From Okamejei kenojei (taxonomy: Eukaryota), in the NCBI GenBank assembly GCA_035221665.1, contig CM069144.1, positions 56,110,001 to 56,174,000 on the forward strand: 64,000 nt of DNA. Direction: 5' to 3'. Below, in pieces: positions 50,131 to 60,832 of the stretch; positions within the stretch are counted from its first letter, which is position 1; each line of letters opens with the position of its first letter. The notes beneath the pieces were generated by a model, which did not search any database, was not told where the DNA came from, and saw nothing but the letters and a program-made list of their open reading frames with translations. The position numbers and the translations under genes were made by a program.

Positions 50131-52780
50131 CCCAGTTCATCAGGTTCTCTTGAGCTAAAATGGTCTTTGCAAAGGATAACAAATGGTGTCCTTTCACTTG
50201 ATATAGTAAGAATTGCTGGTGCAAATCAATCATTAACAAGATTTGCAATTAAAAGAATCTGCATTGTTATATCCTGGTGGCCGGCTTATTAAACAACGCA
50301 AGGAATGGTGAACAGAGCAAGGAGTGGCAACATCGCATGGACTGTATAAAGCCCCAGTGAGATTCCCCTGTTACTATGCCCAGGCACACAGACACAGGGA
50401 AAATGTATCAAGTGTGACCCTGGGCTGGCTTTTTTGAGCTACATTGCCACGGTTGAATGAGTTTGCTCGGAACCATTGAAGTCTCCTACTGCTGAAGAGT
50501 GAAGGCGGGGATGCTGATACAATGGCGATCTTTCTCACAGTCGGTGGGCTTGGGGTGGGGGTGGAGGTTGAGGTGGTGGTCTCATGGAGTACGTGGCTGG
50601 GGGGCTGGGGGGGGGGGGGGGGGGGTCCCACACAAGCATCGAGCCCTGCGGGGATCGAGAACTCGACGGTCAAGAAGGTGATTGACGGAAACCCAATGTC
50701 CCCCCACGTAAAAGGTGGGCTGGAGGTAGCCCGCATTATGGGTCTCATGGCAACCCATAATGATTTGGATGAAGAACCGAGAAGTGGGATAAAGTAGGAC
50801 AGCTCCCCACTCCCACCCCCTCCTCCAGCTAGCAAGATACAACGGCGCGAATGGCCTTCGTTGTGCTGTAACCCGCTGCGATTCTCCTCAGCCCTCAGAG
50901 GGGTCTGGATACCTTTGGAGCTTCAGTCAAGGGGGCATGAGTTGACAAACCCTCACAAGTGTCCGAGCGGGGGGGGGGGGGGGTCACTTTCTCCCAGTAT
51001 GGGCTGGGTTTGAACCCAAATGGCCCTGTACTAACCTCGTGGTGCTTTCCAATCGTGAACCAAGTAACAGAGGGTATGAAAGTACCACCCGCGGGGCCGT
51101 GAAGGAGCGAACGCTCTCCTGATTGTGGTATTCGCGAGTAATAGCTCGACAGCAATGCTCAGCGACGCAGGCTCTCAAAAGGCTTTTTTTTTGTTGTTTG
51201 TTTTAAAAAAAAGTGGGACTTTCACAGAATTACATTCGAGGAACAAGAGGAACTAGAGTGTATCAACGTGAGTCCAGCCCTCGGCGGAGAATAATGGTGT
51301 TTCTATAAGTGATCGGTTTACTTGAAGCACTGTTTCCTGGAATTGAGACAGTGCGAATCCTCGTTCAATCACCCAGCTTTAAATGGAGAAAGTAAAAATA
51401 CGCTGTGATTTGTGTGTTCACTTAACAATCCAGTCCCCTCCCAATTCTCCCCTCCCCGGCTCAAAGTCTTGCTTGAATAACAGAAATGATAGATGTAAAA
51501 TATTCATCGTCCAACGAAACGGGGAGGGGAATGGGAAGTTAATGTGCCAAAGCCACATCAAATATAAATAGGATGACCTGACAATCTAACCGTTGCTAAT
51601 GATATTAAAAATCTGTCAGGCTCCGGTATACTGACAGTGGAGGGGTTGTTCTCTGGAGTTAGGAAGCGAGCTCGCTTTCTGCACAACACAATATTCTCTT
51701 AGTGCGTCTCCGGTGTAAAATAATCAAGCTTTCTGCTTCATTAAATGCGAAGAGAGGAACTGCTATGCGTCTGCCTAAAGGACAGTCTCCCGTCTTGGTT
51801 TCCTGTTTACAGTACACCGCAAGAAGGAGGCAGAATAATCGGTGCTAATTCTAAAAAACACACCATTCGGTCCCTCAAAGGCATGGAATTTGTAGTAAAT
51901 CAGCCCGCAGCAACCCTGGCAAGCAGGGCTGACCCCCAACAAATGAAAATAATCAAAAGTAATTAGAGGCGTGCTGGACTGCTCCTCAGAGATCTGTGCT
52001 GGAGAATAAACATGCCTTAGTGTGCAGAAACTCTGCAAAGACCTATGTCTGAGCTGTTAGGTGCCCTGACCTTGTCCATATAAAGATGTGATTTATGAAG
52101 TGCAGGGCATAACGGCAAGGCTTCTGTCTTTTTCAAGAAAACTGTTTTACTGTGGCGGAATGTAACAGTCTCTCGGCTCTGTGCCTCAATCTACGAAAGA
52201 GCTGAAAGTCGTTCTATATAATCCTACCTGGCAAGCAGAAACGTTATTTCAGGGTGGAAAAATCAATGAATAGACTACTTCGATAAAGGAAATATTAAAA
52301 GCAATATGCATACCTCGCCCTTCATTACCCCAAAGCGCCCTGACACATGTGTTATCTTTTCTCGCTATATGTTGGACACCTTCTAAACACTTGCACGTAA
52401 AATGGTCTTCCCTGCAACATCACGGTCGTAACTCTCAATATTATTCAGTAGTCGTTTCCAATATAATTCGTTTCAATTATCCGCTAAGCATCTTGAAGAC
52501 TATTAATTCGTTTCAAGTTGGCACCGCAGTGCAGCGGGAGTTTGTCTCTTCTCACTCCGATCCTGGGGTTATTTTATTGGCTTTTGTGACACCTCGTGTA
52601 GACATTAGTTAAAAAAAAATGAAATTTAAATAAGGAGGAACAGATTTTGAAAATGTTTAACTCATTACTAGATAAAGCTTTTTTTTTAATTGATTGTGCT
52701 AGATGTAGTCATCAGCCTTCGATGACAACTAGCTGTAGATCAGAGATTCCAGACTCCTACATAAAATATTTATCCATTAT

Positions 52781-52783
<3 letters not shown>

Positions 52784-52823
<40 letters not shown>

Positions 52824-52883
52824 AGACACATAAGACACATATACACACACACACACATAAGACACATAAGACCCATACACACA
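52784..52883. repeat. (CA)n / CACATAAGA compound microsatellite
   Basis: Runs into the assembly gap. Confidence 0.95.
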
Positions 52884-53080
52884 NNNNNNNNNNNNNNNNN
52901 NNNNNNNNNNNNNNNNNNNNNNNNNNNNNNNNNNNNNNNNNNNNNNNNNNNNNNNNNNNNNNNNNNNNNNNNNNNNNNNNNNNNNNNNNNNNNNNNNNNN
53001 NNNNNNNNNNNNNNNNNNNNNNNNNNNNNNNNNNNNNNNNNNNNNNNNNNNNNNNNNNNNNNNNNNNNNNNNNNNNNNNN
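52884..53080. other. Assembly gap
   Basis: Run of N. Confidence 1.
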
Positions 53081-55192
53081 ACATTTTAACCTTTGCGGAT
53101 TAACTAAATCAGGCCGGATAGGCCAAGTGAAATGATGTTCTTCCTACGAGTCAAATGTCTGCTTTTATTAGATGAAAGAGCAACTGCCCGTTGTTCAACA
53201 CGTCCAGTCAGTCGCCCCTTCCAAGGGAACCCCCGGATGACTACAGAATATATAGGGCGCTGAATCTCGACTGATAATATATATACGAAAATAAAACGAA
53301 AGTTCCTAATGATGTGTTGGAATGCACCCTGGACACGGGGAAGCCATTAGCACAACACATGTGAAAGGGTTCTGACCACCACTAGACCTCCTGTTTTACC
53401 CTCGGTTAGCCTGTGAAAGTAACCCTTAAAAACGAGGTATCCATTTACATCCTTGAGGGAGTATCTGTCTTAGAGTAATACCAACTCCTTAATACTCGGA
53501 GTAAAAGATTGACTCTTTTTTTTTCCCAAAGATAAATACGTCTTTCAATTTGCTACAATCAAAAAAAAGTTACGAGGTGAATAAAAAAAATGCTGTGGAA
53601 AGAAACCCCGCGGACGTTTTGTATTAAATTGCCGTGAACTCCGCTTTCTTGGAAGGACAGTTGTAAAGGGACGCAAACATGCTGATGATCTATGCTCTGC
53701 CTTGTCCAGTGCAGTCAGCCTGTCAGCTTTCACATCACATCTAGCTTTCATTAGCAGTAGAATCATTCCGTGTAAAGTTACGAGTCTTTGATTGACCACT
53801 TTATTTTGTGGGGTGGAGGTGGGGGGGGGGGGTGTTTTTTTTTTGGGGGGGGGGGAGCACAGCGCACAACTGTGTTGGTGGGTAAAAGGGTATGGAAGGA
53901 AGGGGGATATTGATTTTTGTAACTGCAACTGAAGTTTCAAGTTGAACGAGAAATCATCCTCTACCTTAAAAGCCTTCAGGTGAAACGGTAGGAATGATGC
54001 CCATCCAAAATTCTGTTAAAGAAATTGTGTCTAGTTAAACCGTGCACTCTTCAGATGAATAGAGATCATGCTTAACCCATAAAATCTGTCAAAAGTCCTG
54101 AAATGTTTCTACTTCAACATTAGATAAGTAGTGTCCTTTCAAACAATAGTTAAACCCGGCTACTGTTTTACTTCTGAACAGGCTGCAGACTTTTTTATTT
54201 GTTAGGGAAAATAACTTAACTCGTTCGATTCATATGCGAAGTGTAAATACCACATCTAGTGTTTTGCAGGTGTTAACAGGCTGGGGCTTTGTAAATTGGT
54301 CCCAATCATTCAATTCAGAACTGCCGATTGCTTATATGAAATTTCATGATGTGTAATGTTGAACACAAATGCGGTTTCACTGTTGCAGTGAATTCTTACA
54401 CTGATCTGTGCGAATGTTACAGTGTGTCCTCCAAACCTAATGTTATCCCGTTAGCAAATGGCAATCATCTTTAAAATTCATCTATTCGCCGCAAAGCAAG
54501 TCGGCGGGTGGAAAAAGCAGAGGATATAAGCATACTGGTTCGGTAGTTATGGCTGCATTTTGAGGGTTGTCGATGTGAACGGCTCCTGAAAAGAAAGAGG
54601 TGTCAGGCGTTTAAAGCGAGATATGCAACCGAAATAGTGAGACACAAGAGAAGTGGAACCAAGGACAGGGACACCTTGGTGTAAATAGCGTAGAGCTAGT
54701 GAACTGTCGCAGTTTTTAAAAAAAAATCTATCACTAATATAATAAATTGACACCAGTTCAACATTTGAGTTCGAACTGTTGTAATTTAACTTTCAAATAT
54801 ATATTTCATCGTGTGATCAAGAGTTGACCGTTTGGTTTCAAGAGACAGAATGCATAGCCGAAGGATTAATACGATTTGCAGTGAAAATGTGCAAGTCCTG
54901 GCTTTCTTGTCTATATAACCAAAATATTACAGCTAAATTGATGACTGCAGAGGTTTCTAAACACGTCTTGTAAATAGTATTGGCCCTGTATTTGTAATTG
55001 TCATTGTGTGCAGTACGTATTTTCCATTTGTCTGAAGGGATGTGAGACAACACCTGGATTAAAATTGTTGTTAATCCCAGGCAGGCAGAAGAGATCTCCG
55101 ATCCACCCACGGTGTTTGAGGAAACTGTTGATCTAATGCACAATTAGGACGGATACCTGACAAAATAATTTGCAACATTAAATCTCATCTGC

Positions 55193-55328
55193 ATTTTCAC
55201 CCCTGCCATGGGGAAGAAGGTACAGGAGCCTGAAAACTGTAACGTCCAGGTTCAGGAACAGCTACTTCCCTACAGCCATCAGGCTATTAAACACTACAAT
55301 CTCAAATAAACTCTGAACTACAATAGAC

Positions 55329-55384
<56 letters not shown>

Positions 55385-55614
55385 ATTATTACACTTCTAT
55401 TGTTTGTTTTGTGTGTGTATATATATAATATATATATGTGTGTGTGTGTATAATTGTGAGTATGTGTCTATATACTCACTGAACTTTATTTTTCTCTCTC
55501 GTTTATCATACTGTTTACAGTGTACTATGTTTACATATTCTGTTGTGCTGCAGCGAGTAAGAATTTCATTGTTCTCTCTGGGACATATGACAATAAAACA
55601 CTCTTGACTCTTGA
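55193..55614 (+). mobile_element. Rex1/Babar-like LINE 3' end containing (TTA)n
   Basis: GAAGGTACAGGAGCCTGAAA...CAGGTTCAGGAACAGCTACTTCCC...GACAATAAAACACTCTTGACTCTTGA; (TTA)n at ~55329-55390. Confidence 0.8.
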
Positions 55615-57553
55615 TTTACATACTGTGTACTAATTAGACTGTATGGGCCGAGATTTCCACCCGACCCCTCTATCTGCCTTTTGATCAGCTTTCTAAAACA
55701 ATACGGGTCATCGCCCTACAATCGTTATTTGAATAACCATTAAAGGAAAATGTGCTTCAGGATTGTCTCCTCCCTAACAGTTTCTAGGAACATCATTGAC
55801 AAAGTAAGGTCTTAAACTCAAAAATGTGGCAGAGTTTGCCTTTGGCGGGCGCGGTAAGATGTTGATCGTGTGTAATTGGTATAGGGACACCAATGCAGCC
55901 GTCCAGTGTGTACAGATGATGCCACACATTGTATATTGGCAATGTATGTTTAAGGTCTGTATTTCTCTCTCCTCGAGTTCGTATTCCGGCACGGCTAAAC
56001 TTTCGTTTTGTTTTTGAATCTTTCTGGGCATTGAACTGCGATTTGGTTAAAAGTTGGCTTTTTTTTCCTGTAAGATATAATTAAAATGCTTCAGCTAAGG
56101 GATAAACAAACCAGTGAAGTGATCCCGTGTCTGGCATTTTCATTACTAATAAATATCTAATATCTCGGCGTTTTAAACTGACATAACCTCCCCCGTCTCT
56201 AAGTGCACGTTGGGACGTTGGATATGTCGAAGTCAGCCTTTCGCCCAATCCAAAAGCCCCGACTGGAAAGTTCCCGGACATCAATCCCCAACTTGAGGAT
56301 GCCGACCGGGCTGAACGTGGGAGCAGGTAAAACAAATACCGAATGGAGAACTGCGAACCGCTACGAGTGTTTGAGGAAGATTAGAAATACGTCTTTAAAA
56401 AGCCTCTCCCACGTGGAGGAATAAACAGATCACCGATACCCACCTCCCGACTGCTCTCTCTGTCTCCGTTCACTTTTTGAAGTTGGAACTAGCGGCGTTC
56501 TGACACTGATCGGGGGGTGGGGGGGGGGGGGGGGAGTGAAACCAAAATCACGGCAGGGATTAGTGGAGAGCAAAAAATGACAGAAACCTCGGAGAAAAAA
56601 CCCTTCGAATTCAAGTAATAAGGAGTCTACAACGTGAATAAAGATCCAGGATTAATTTAAAAAAAAGACTTGCTCTGGTTTCCGATTTGGTTTCCCATTG
56701 AACACAGCGGCCGGTCCCAGTTCCCGAGCGTGGCGTGTCGCGTTTAAACAGCGAAGGTGTCGTTTTGATGAGGCGAACGGAGAAAGTTGATGAAGTATAG
56801 TCGCGGAGAGCCTGGTAATTGTGAGAATGATGAATGGAAATCAAAATCACGCCGTCACAACTAGCGGGGCCAACAAAATATTTGGGGTGGGGGTGGGTGG
56901 GGGGGGGGGGAGAGAGAATCGCGAAAACAAGCAGACTCGGGAGATACCGTCAGAGTAACTGGAGGAACAATATTGAGAGACTGTAAACACGGGGTCCCAG
57001 CCAAATTGCGCTTTCTGCTTTATACCCCAAATACATTTTATTTAATCTGTTTTATTTCAAACAGTCATAAATTGAAACGTTTGGAACGAACATGATAAAA
57101 TAAAGTTTTATTCTTGTTAACTATTCCCCCCATTTTCATCCACTTTCGTATCCAGTCTATTTATTATCGGGGAAGCGAGGGAAATTTCAGAGAGATAGAG
57201 ACAGTTAACCTGCCCAATGTTGTTTATCTTTTTGGAGGTTATTTTTAACGTTACAATTTAGTCAGCGATGTCCGTGAATGTGTTTTTTTTTAATTAAAAG
57301 GTCGCCTGGTTGCCAACGGGAATGCACGTATTGAGATTAATTGTTGTTTTTATACTCAGGGCTCCCAAAATATCTGCGCGTTATTCACAATGTAACATGT
57401 GAGCAATTAAACGTAGATCCTGCGGCTTGGAACTCCCTCCAGCAGCCCCTGTACGAATGGGAATCGCTTCCTCTTGACCGGAGCGCCGGGTTTCTGTGGA
57501 GTCCCGATCTACAGTGTTTGATAAATTGAATCAACTAGACAGAGAGGGGGTGG

Positions 57554-57557
<4 letters not shown>

Positions 57558-57596
<39 letters not shown>
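57558..57596. repeat. (CA)n microsatellite
   Basis: About 19 CA units. Confidence 0.97.
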
Positions 57597-57598
<2 letters not shown>

Positions 57599-59729
57599 GT
57601 AACTCTATAAGCGGTACATTATGAGTTGTGGAACACTGGCACTCTTTGCATCGTTCATCATGAGTGGTGTTTAAAACACATTTTTTAATTGAGACAGCAG
57701 ATTTCCAGTCACCGCTGTTTGGCTGCACCAAGAGATTCCATTAATTAAACGCCGGTACACATGTAAATAATTAAGGCAAAGAGACGGTAATTACACAATA
57801 CAGTCCTCAACTTTTACACACATGGCCCATATAATTGCGCGTACACTTACTCTTAGTTCAATATCAGATCTTTGCGTCCACAGCCACACAAAACCTATAT
57901 ATATATATATATTAACAAATATAATGTGTTATTCAAATTTTCATTTTAAAAGAGGAAAACGAATCAAATGTTAACCTTATTCTAGCCTGAAAGCAAATGT
58001 TTTTTGTTTTACTTTCGTTTTATTAATATAAAAAATCCACGTTATGTAAATATTATCAAATATATTGACCTCAAGATTTGTCATCTGCCCCGAGACGGAC
58101 ATGCCGTGACTATTATCCGTCAGTGCCGTCTCAGCATAACTTTCGTGTAGAGGTGGCCGGTGGATAAAGAGTGGTCGGACGCTTACATTCCTCTATTCTC
58201 ACTGTCAAACCCTCACACTTTGGTTTTTGATCATTTCAAGATTTTCTTTTCATGGCAACGTTTCTAAAAGCACCGAGTCGCCGCGTGTGAGGGAAGCGAG
58301 CGGTCTTGTCAACTGGCGCTAGGAGGTGGGTTGGTTAACATTTCCGCATGAGCCGCAGGTCGCTGCTTTCCTTCGCCGGCTCCGATTAACAAATCACCTC
58401 TTTTGCACGGCAAATGAAAAATATCCTCTTGAGGCGAACTGCGGAAAGTTTGCGAGAAAACAGAGGTGTGTGTGTGTGTGGGGGTGTGTGGGGGTGGGTG
58501 GGGGGGGGGGGGGGGGGGTAGCTTTTAGTTCCCTTTCTGGTTGAACTGAGACCATTCATCTTACACAAATCACTCGTTGAGGATGCGTGAAAATTAACAC
58601 GGGAACCGCGCCCGCTGAAAGTCGGGATGAGAGGACAAGATCAGTCCCAGGAGACCCAGGACACGTTGGTGTGCGTCGCTGGATCCACTCATCCGAGTTT
58701 CATCAAATCGCACACGCATCAAAGGCGAAATGAAGTGGCTACAATTAAGAGACCAACCATTCGAATTGCAGAGGAGAAATAAATACACTGGCATTCCTAA
58801 TACACGAGCATTCGAAATCACATTCAGTATCTATTCAAATACACATTGTACACAGAGGCAGAATCACAAACTCAGTCACATACACACTACACAGAGAGGT
58901 CTACAAGGGCCCAGGAACGCACACGCTATAATTCTAGAGAAACAAACGTGAATGTAGTTAGCAGGTGTTTGACGGCACACACGCACATACTTTAATAAAC
59001 AGCCTTAATCCCAGCGTCATGTGATATCCATAATTATTTCTTATTTAATAAGTGAGTGAAAGGTGACGAGGAATCTGATCAAATCCAGTGTCTTTAGGAA
59101 GGTGCAAATGGCCGCAGTGACAGTCCCACTATTTCTACAGGTGGTCGGTGATGTTTGGGGTCGGGATGTGTATTTTGTGGATAGCGTCATGAAGAGAGCG
59201 CACGTTTACTGCCGTTTTCGTTTACAACCTCGTTGCCTCTTCAGAATTTGGTCGACACTGTTTTGTGTGGTTCTAACCGACCAGCTACTGGAAGGGAAAT
59301 ACTACTTTTGGGAGAACACGGAGGTGTATTTTCTACTGGCACTCATTGGATTCGATTCCGGACAGCCAGTAGCCACGAGATATCTCTTGGTACTTTTACC
59401 ACGGGGCCGGGAGAGCAACAGGTGGAGTTAGTGGGGGTGAGCAAAGGCGGGGAACTCACACCTGTTTCTCGAAAATCGGCTCGCCTCCTGGAGTGGGCTG
59501 TTACACCTGGTGGAATTGGAAATATTTGATTTTCAGGATTTCATACATTTAAATTGCGAAGAAGGTTTATCGTCAGCTTTGGCGTATTTTCTTTTGGATG
59601 GGAAGAAGTGAATACCATTTTGTGGTTTTGAAGATTATGGATGAAACTAATTGTCTCTGCTGTCCCAAGCAAAATCTTCCCCGAGGAAAATAATTAAATT
59701 GCCAGTGTTGTTTTCAAAATTGCAACCCT

Positions 59730-59890
59730 GGACACCATTTAAAGGACATTTGAACAGGCACATGGATAGGATAGGTTTAGAAGGGTGTGAGCCAAGCACA
59801 GGCAGGCGGGAGTAGTATAGATGGAGCATTTTGCTCGGCGTGGGCAAATAGGGCCGATCGGCCTGTTTCCTATACTGTATCTCTATGACT
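59730..59890 (+). mobile_element. CR1 3' fragment
   Basis: CATTTAAAGGACATTTGAACAGGCACATGGATAGG...GGCCTGTTTCC..ACTGTATCTCTATGACT. Confidence 0.8.
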
Positions 59891-59972
59891 AATGTGCCTT
59901 TCAATTAATCATAAGTCAAGAGTCATAATAGATACTCATAAAATGCATTACTAGATATCAACCCATAACCCA

Positions 59973-60148
59973 GGGAACTGCAGATGCTGGAATCTGGAGC
60001 AAATGTGCTGGAATACTCAATGGGACAGGCAGCATCGGGGGAAGGAATGGATAGGCGATGTTTTGGCTCGGGGGCCTTCTTCAGACTGCTCCTGACCCGA
60101 AACGTCGCCTACCCATAACCTCCTCAGATGCTGCCTGGCCCACTGAGA
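59973..60148. mobile_element. Inverted pair of Penelope-derived pLTR units
   Basis: Minus unit to CCTTCTTCAGAC (~60087), then plus unit GACCCGAAACGTCGCCTA...AGATGCTGCCTGGCCCACTGAG. Confidence 0.75.
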
Positions 60149-60294
60149 AACCGAATGGGATTGGAACCAGGTTAGGACCAAAGACCAATGGCACATTCAA
60201 AGGTACTAGATGTTTTTTTAAATGGTTTCAATGTTTGGACCATTAATCCAGATAAGAATTTGAATCCTGCCATGGCAGGTGGGAAATTGAAATT

Positions 60295-60832
60295 CAAGTA
60301 GAGTCATGGAGTTGCGCGACACAAATATTGTCCCTTCGGCCCACCACTTCCATACTAACCTTTTTGCCCATATACACAAATTCTGCCTCACAGCACCAGA
60401 TATCCGAGTTCAATCCCGACCCCAGGTGCTGTCGGTGTGGAGTTTGCACAGTCTCCCTCGGACAGCGTGGGTTTCCTCTGGATGCTCCAGTTTTCTCCCA
60501 CATCCCCAAGATGAGCAGCTTATGGGTTAATTGTCCCCTGTAGCTTGCCCCAAGTGTGTAAATCATAGATGTAGATCACAGATCATAGCGTCTACATCTA
60601 AATCTGTCCTATCTATGTACCTGTCCAAATGCTTCACAAACGTTGTGATAGTACCTGCAACAACTACCTCCTCTGGCAGCACCTTCCATACACCCATCAG
60701 CCTCTGTGTGAAAACGTTACCCCTCAGGTTCCTAATAAATCTTTACTCCTCTCACTTTAAACCTAAGGCCCTGGTTCTTGATTCCCCCTACTCCTGGCAA
60801 GATATTCTGTGTTTCTACCCGATCTATTCCTC
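60295..60832. mobile_element. CR1 3' fragment (-) with an inserted partial V-SINE (+, ~60385-60560)
   Basis: CCCTTCGGCCCACC tail; SINE GAGTTCAATCCCGAC...CTCCCACATCCC; then TCCTATCTATGTACCTGTCCAAATG...CCCTCAGGTTCC. Confidence 0.72.

Larger units (their letters stand above)
50300..59600. promoter_or_regulatory. CpG-retaining, TE-poor domain (candidate hypomethylated regulatory region)
   Basis: Visibly more CG dinucleotides in unique sequence than in 1-50 kb, especially 50.6-51.3, 56.1-57.0 and 58.1-59.5 kb; only one clear TE (55.2 kb). Confidence 0.55.

Noticed and set aside
50374-50842. 153-aa and 91-aa ORFs with poly-Pro/poly-Gly
   Set aside because: Driven by G homopolymers; no recognisable domain or splice structure.
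52647-53135. 162-aa ORF
   Set aside because: Artefact of the (CA)n repeat and the N gap.
59063-59529. 122-aa and 98-aa ORFs following a possible acceptor TTTCTACAG
   Set aside because: Neither starts with ATG and neither has recognisable homology; cannot be supported as coding without expression data.
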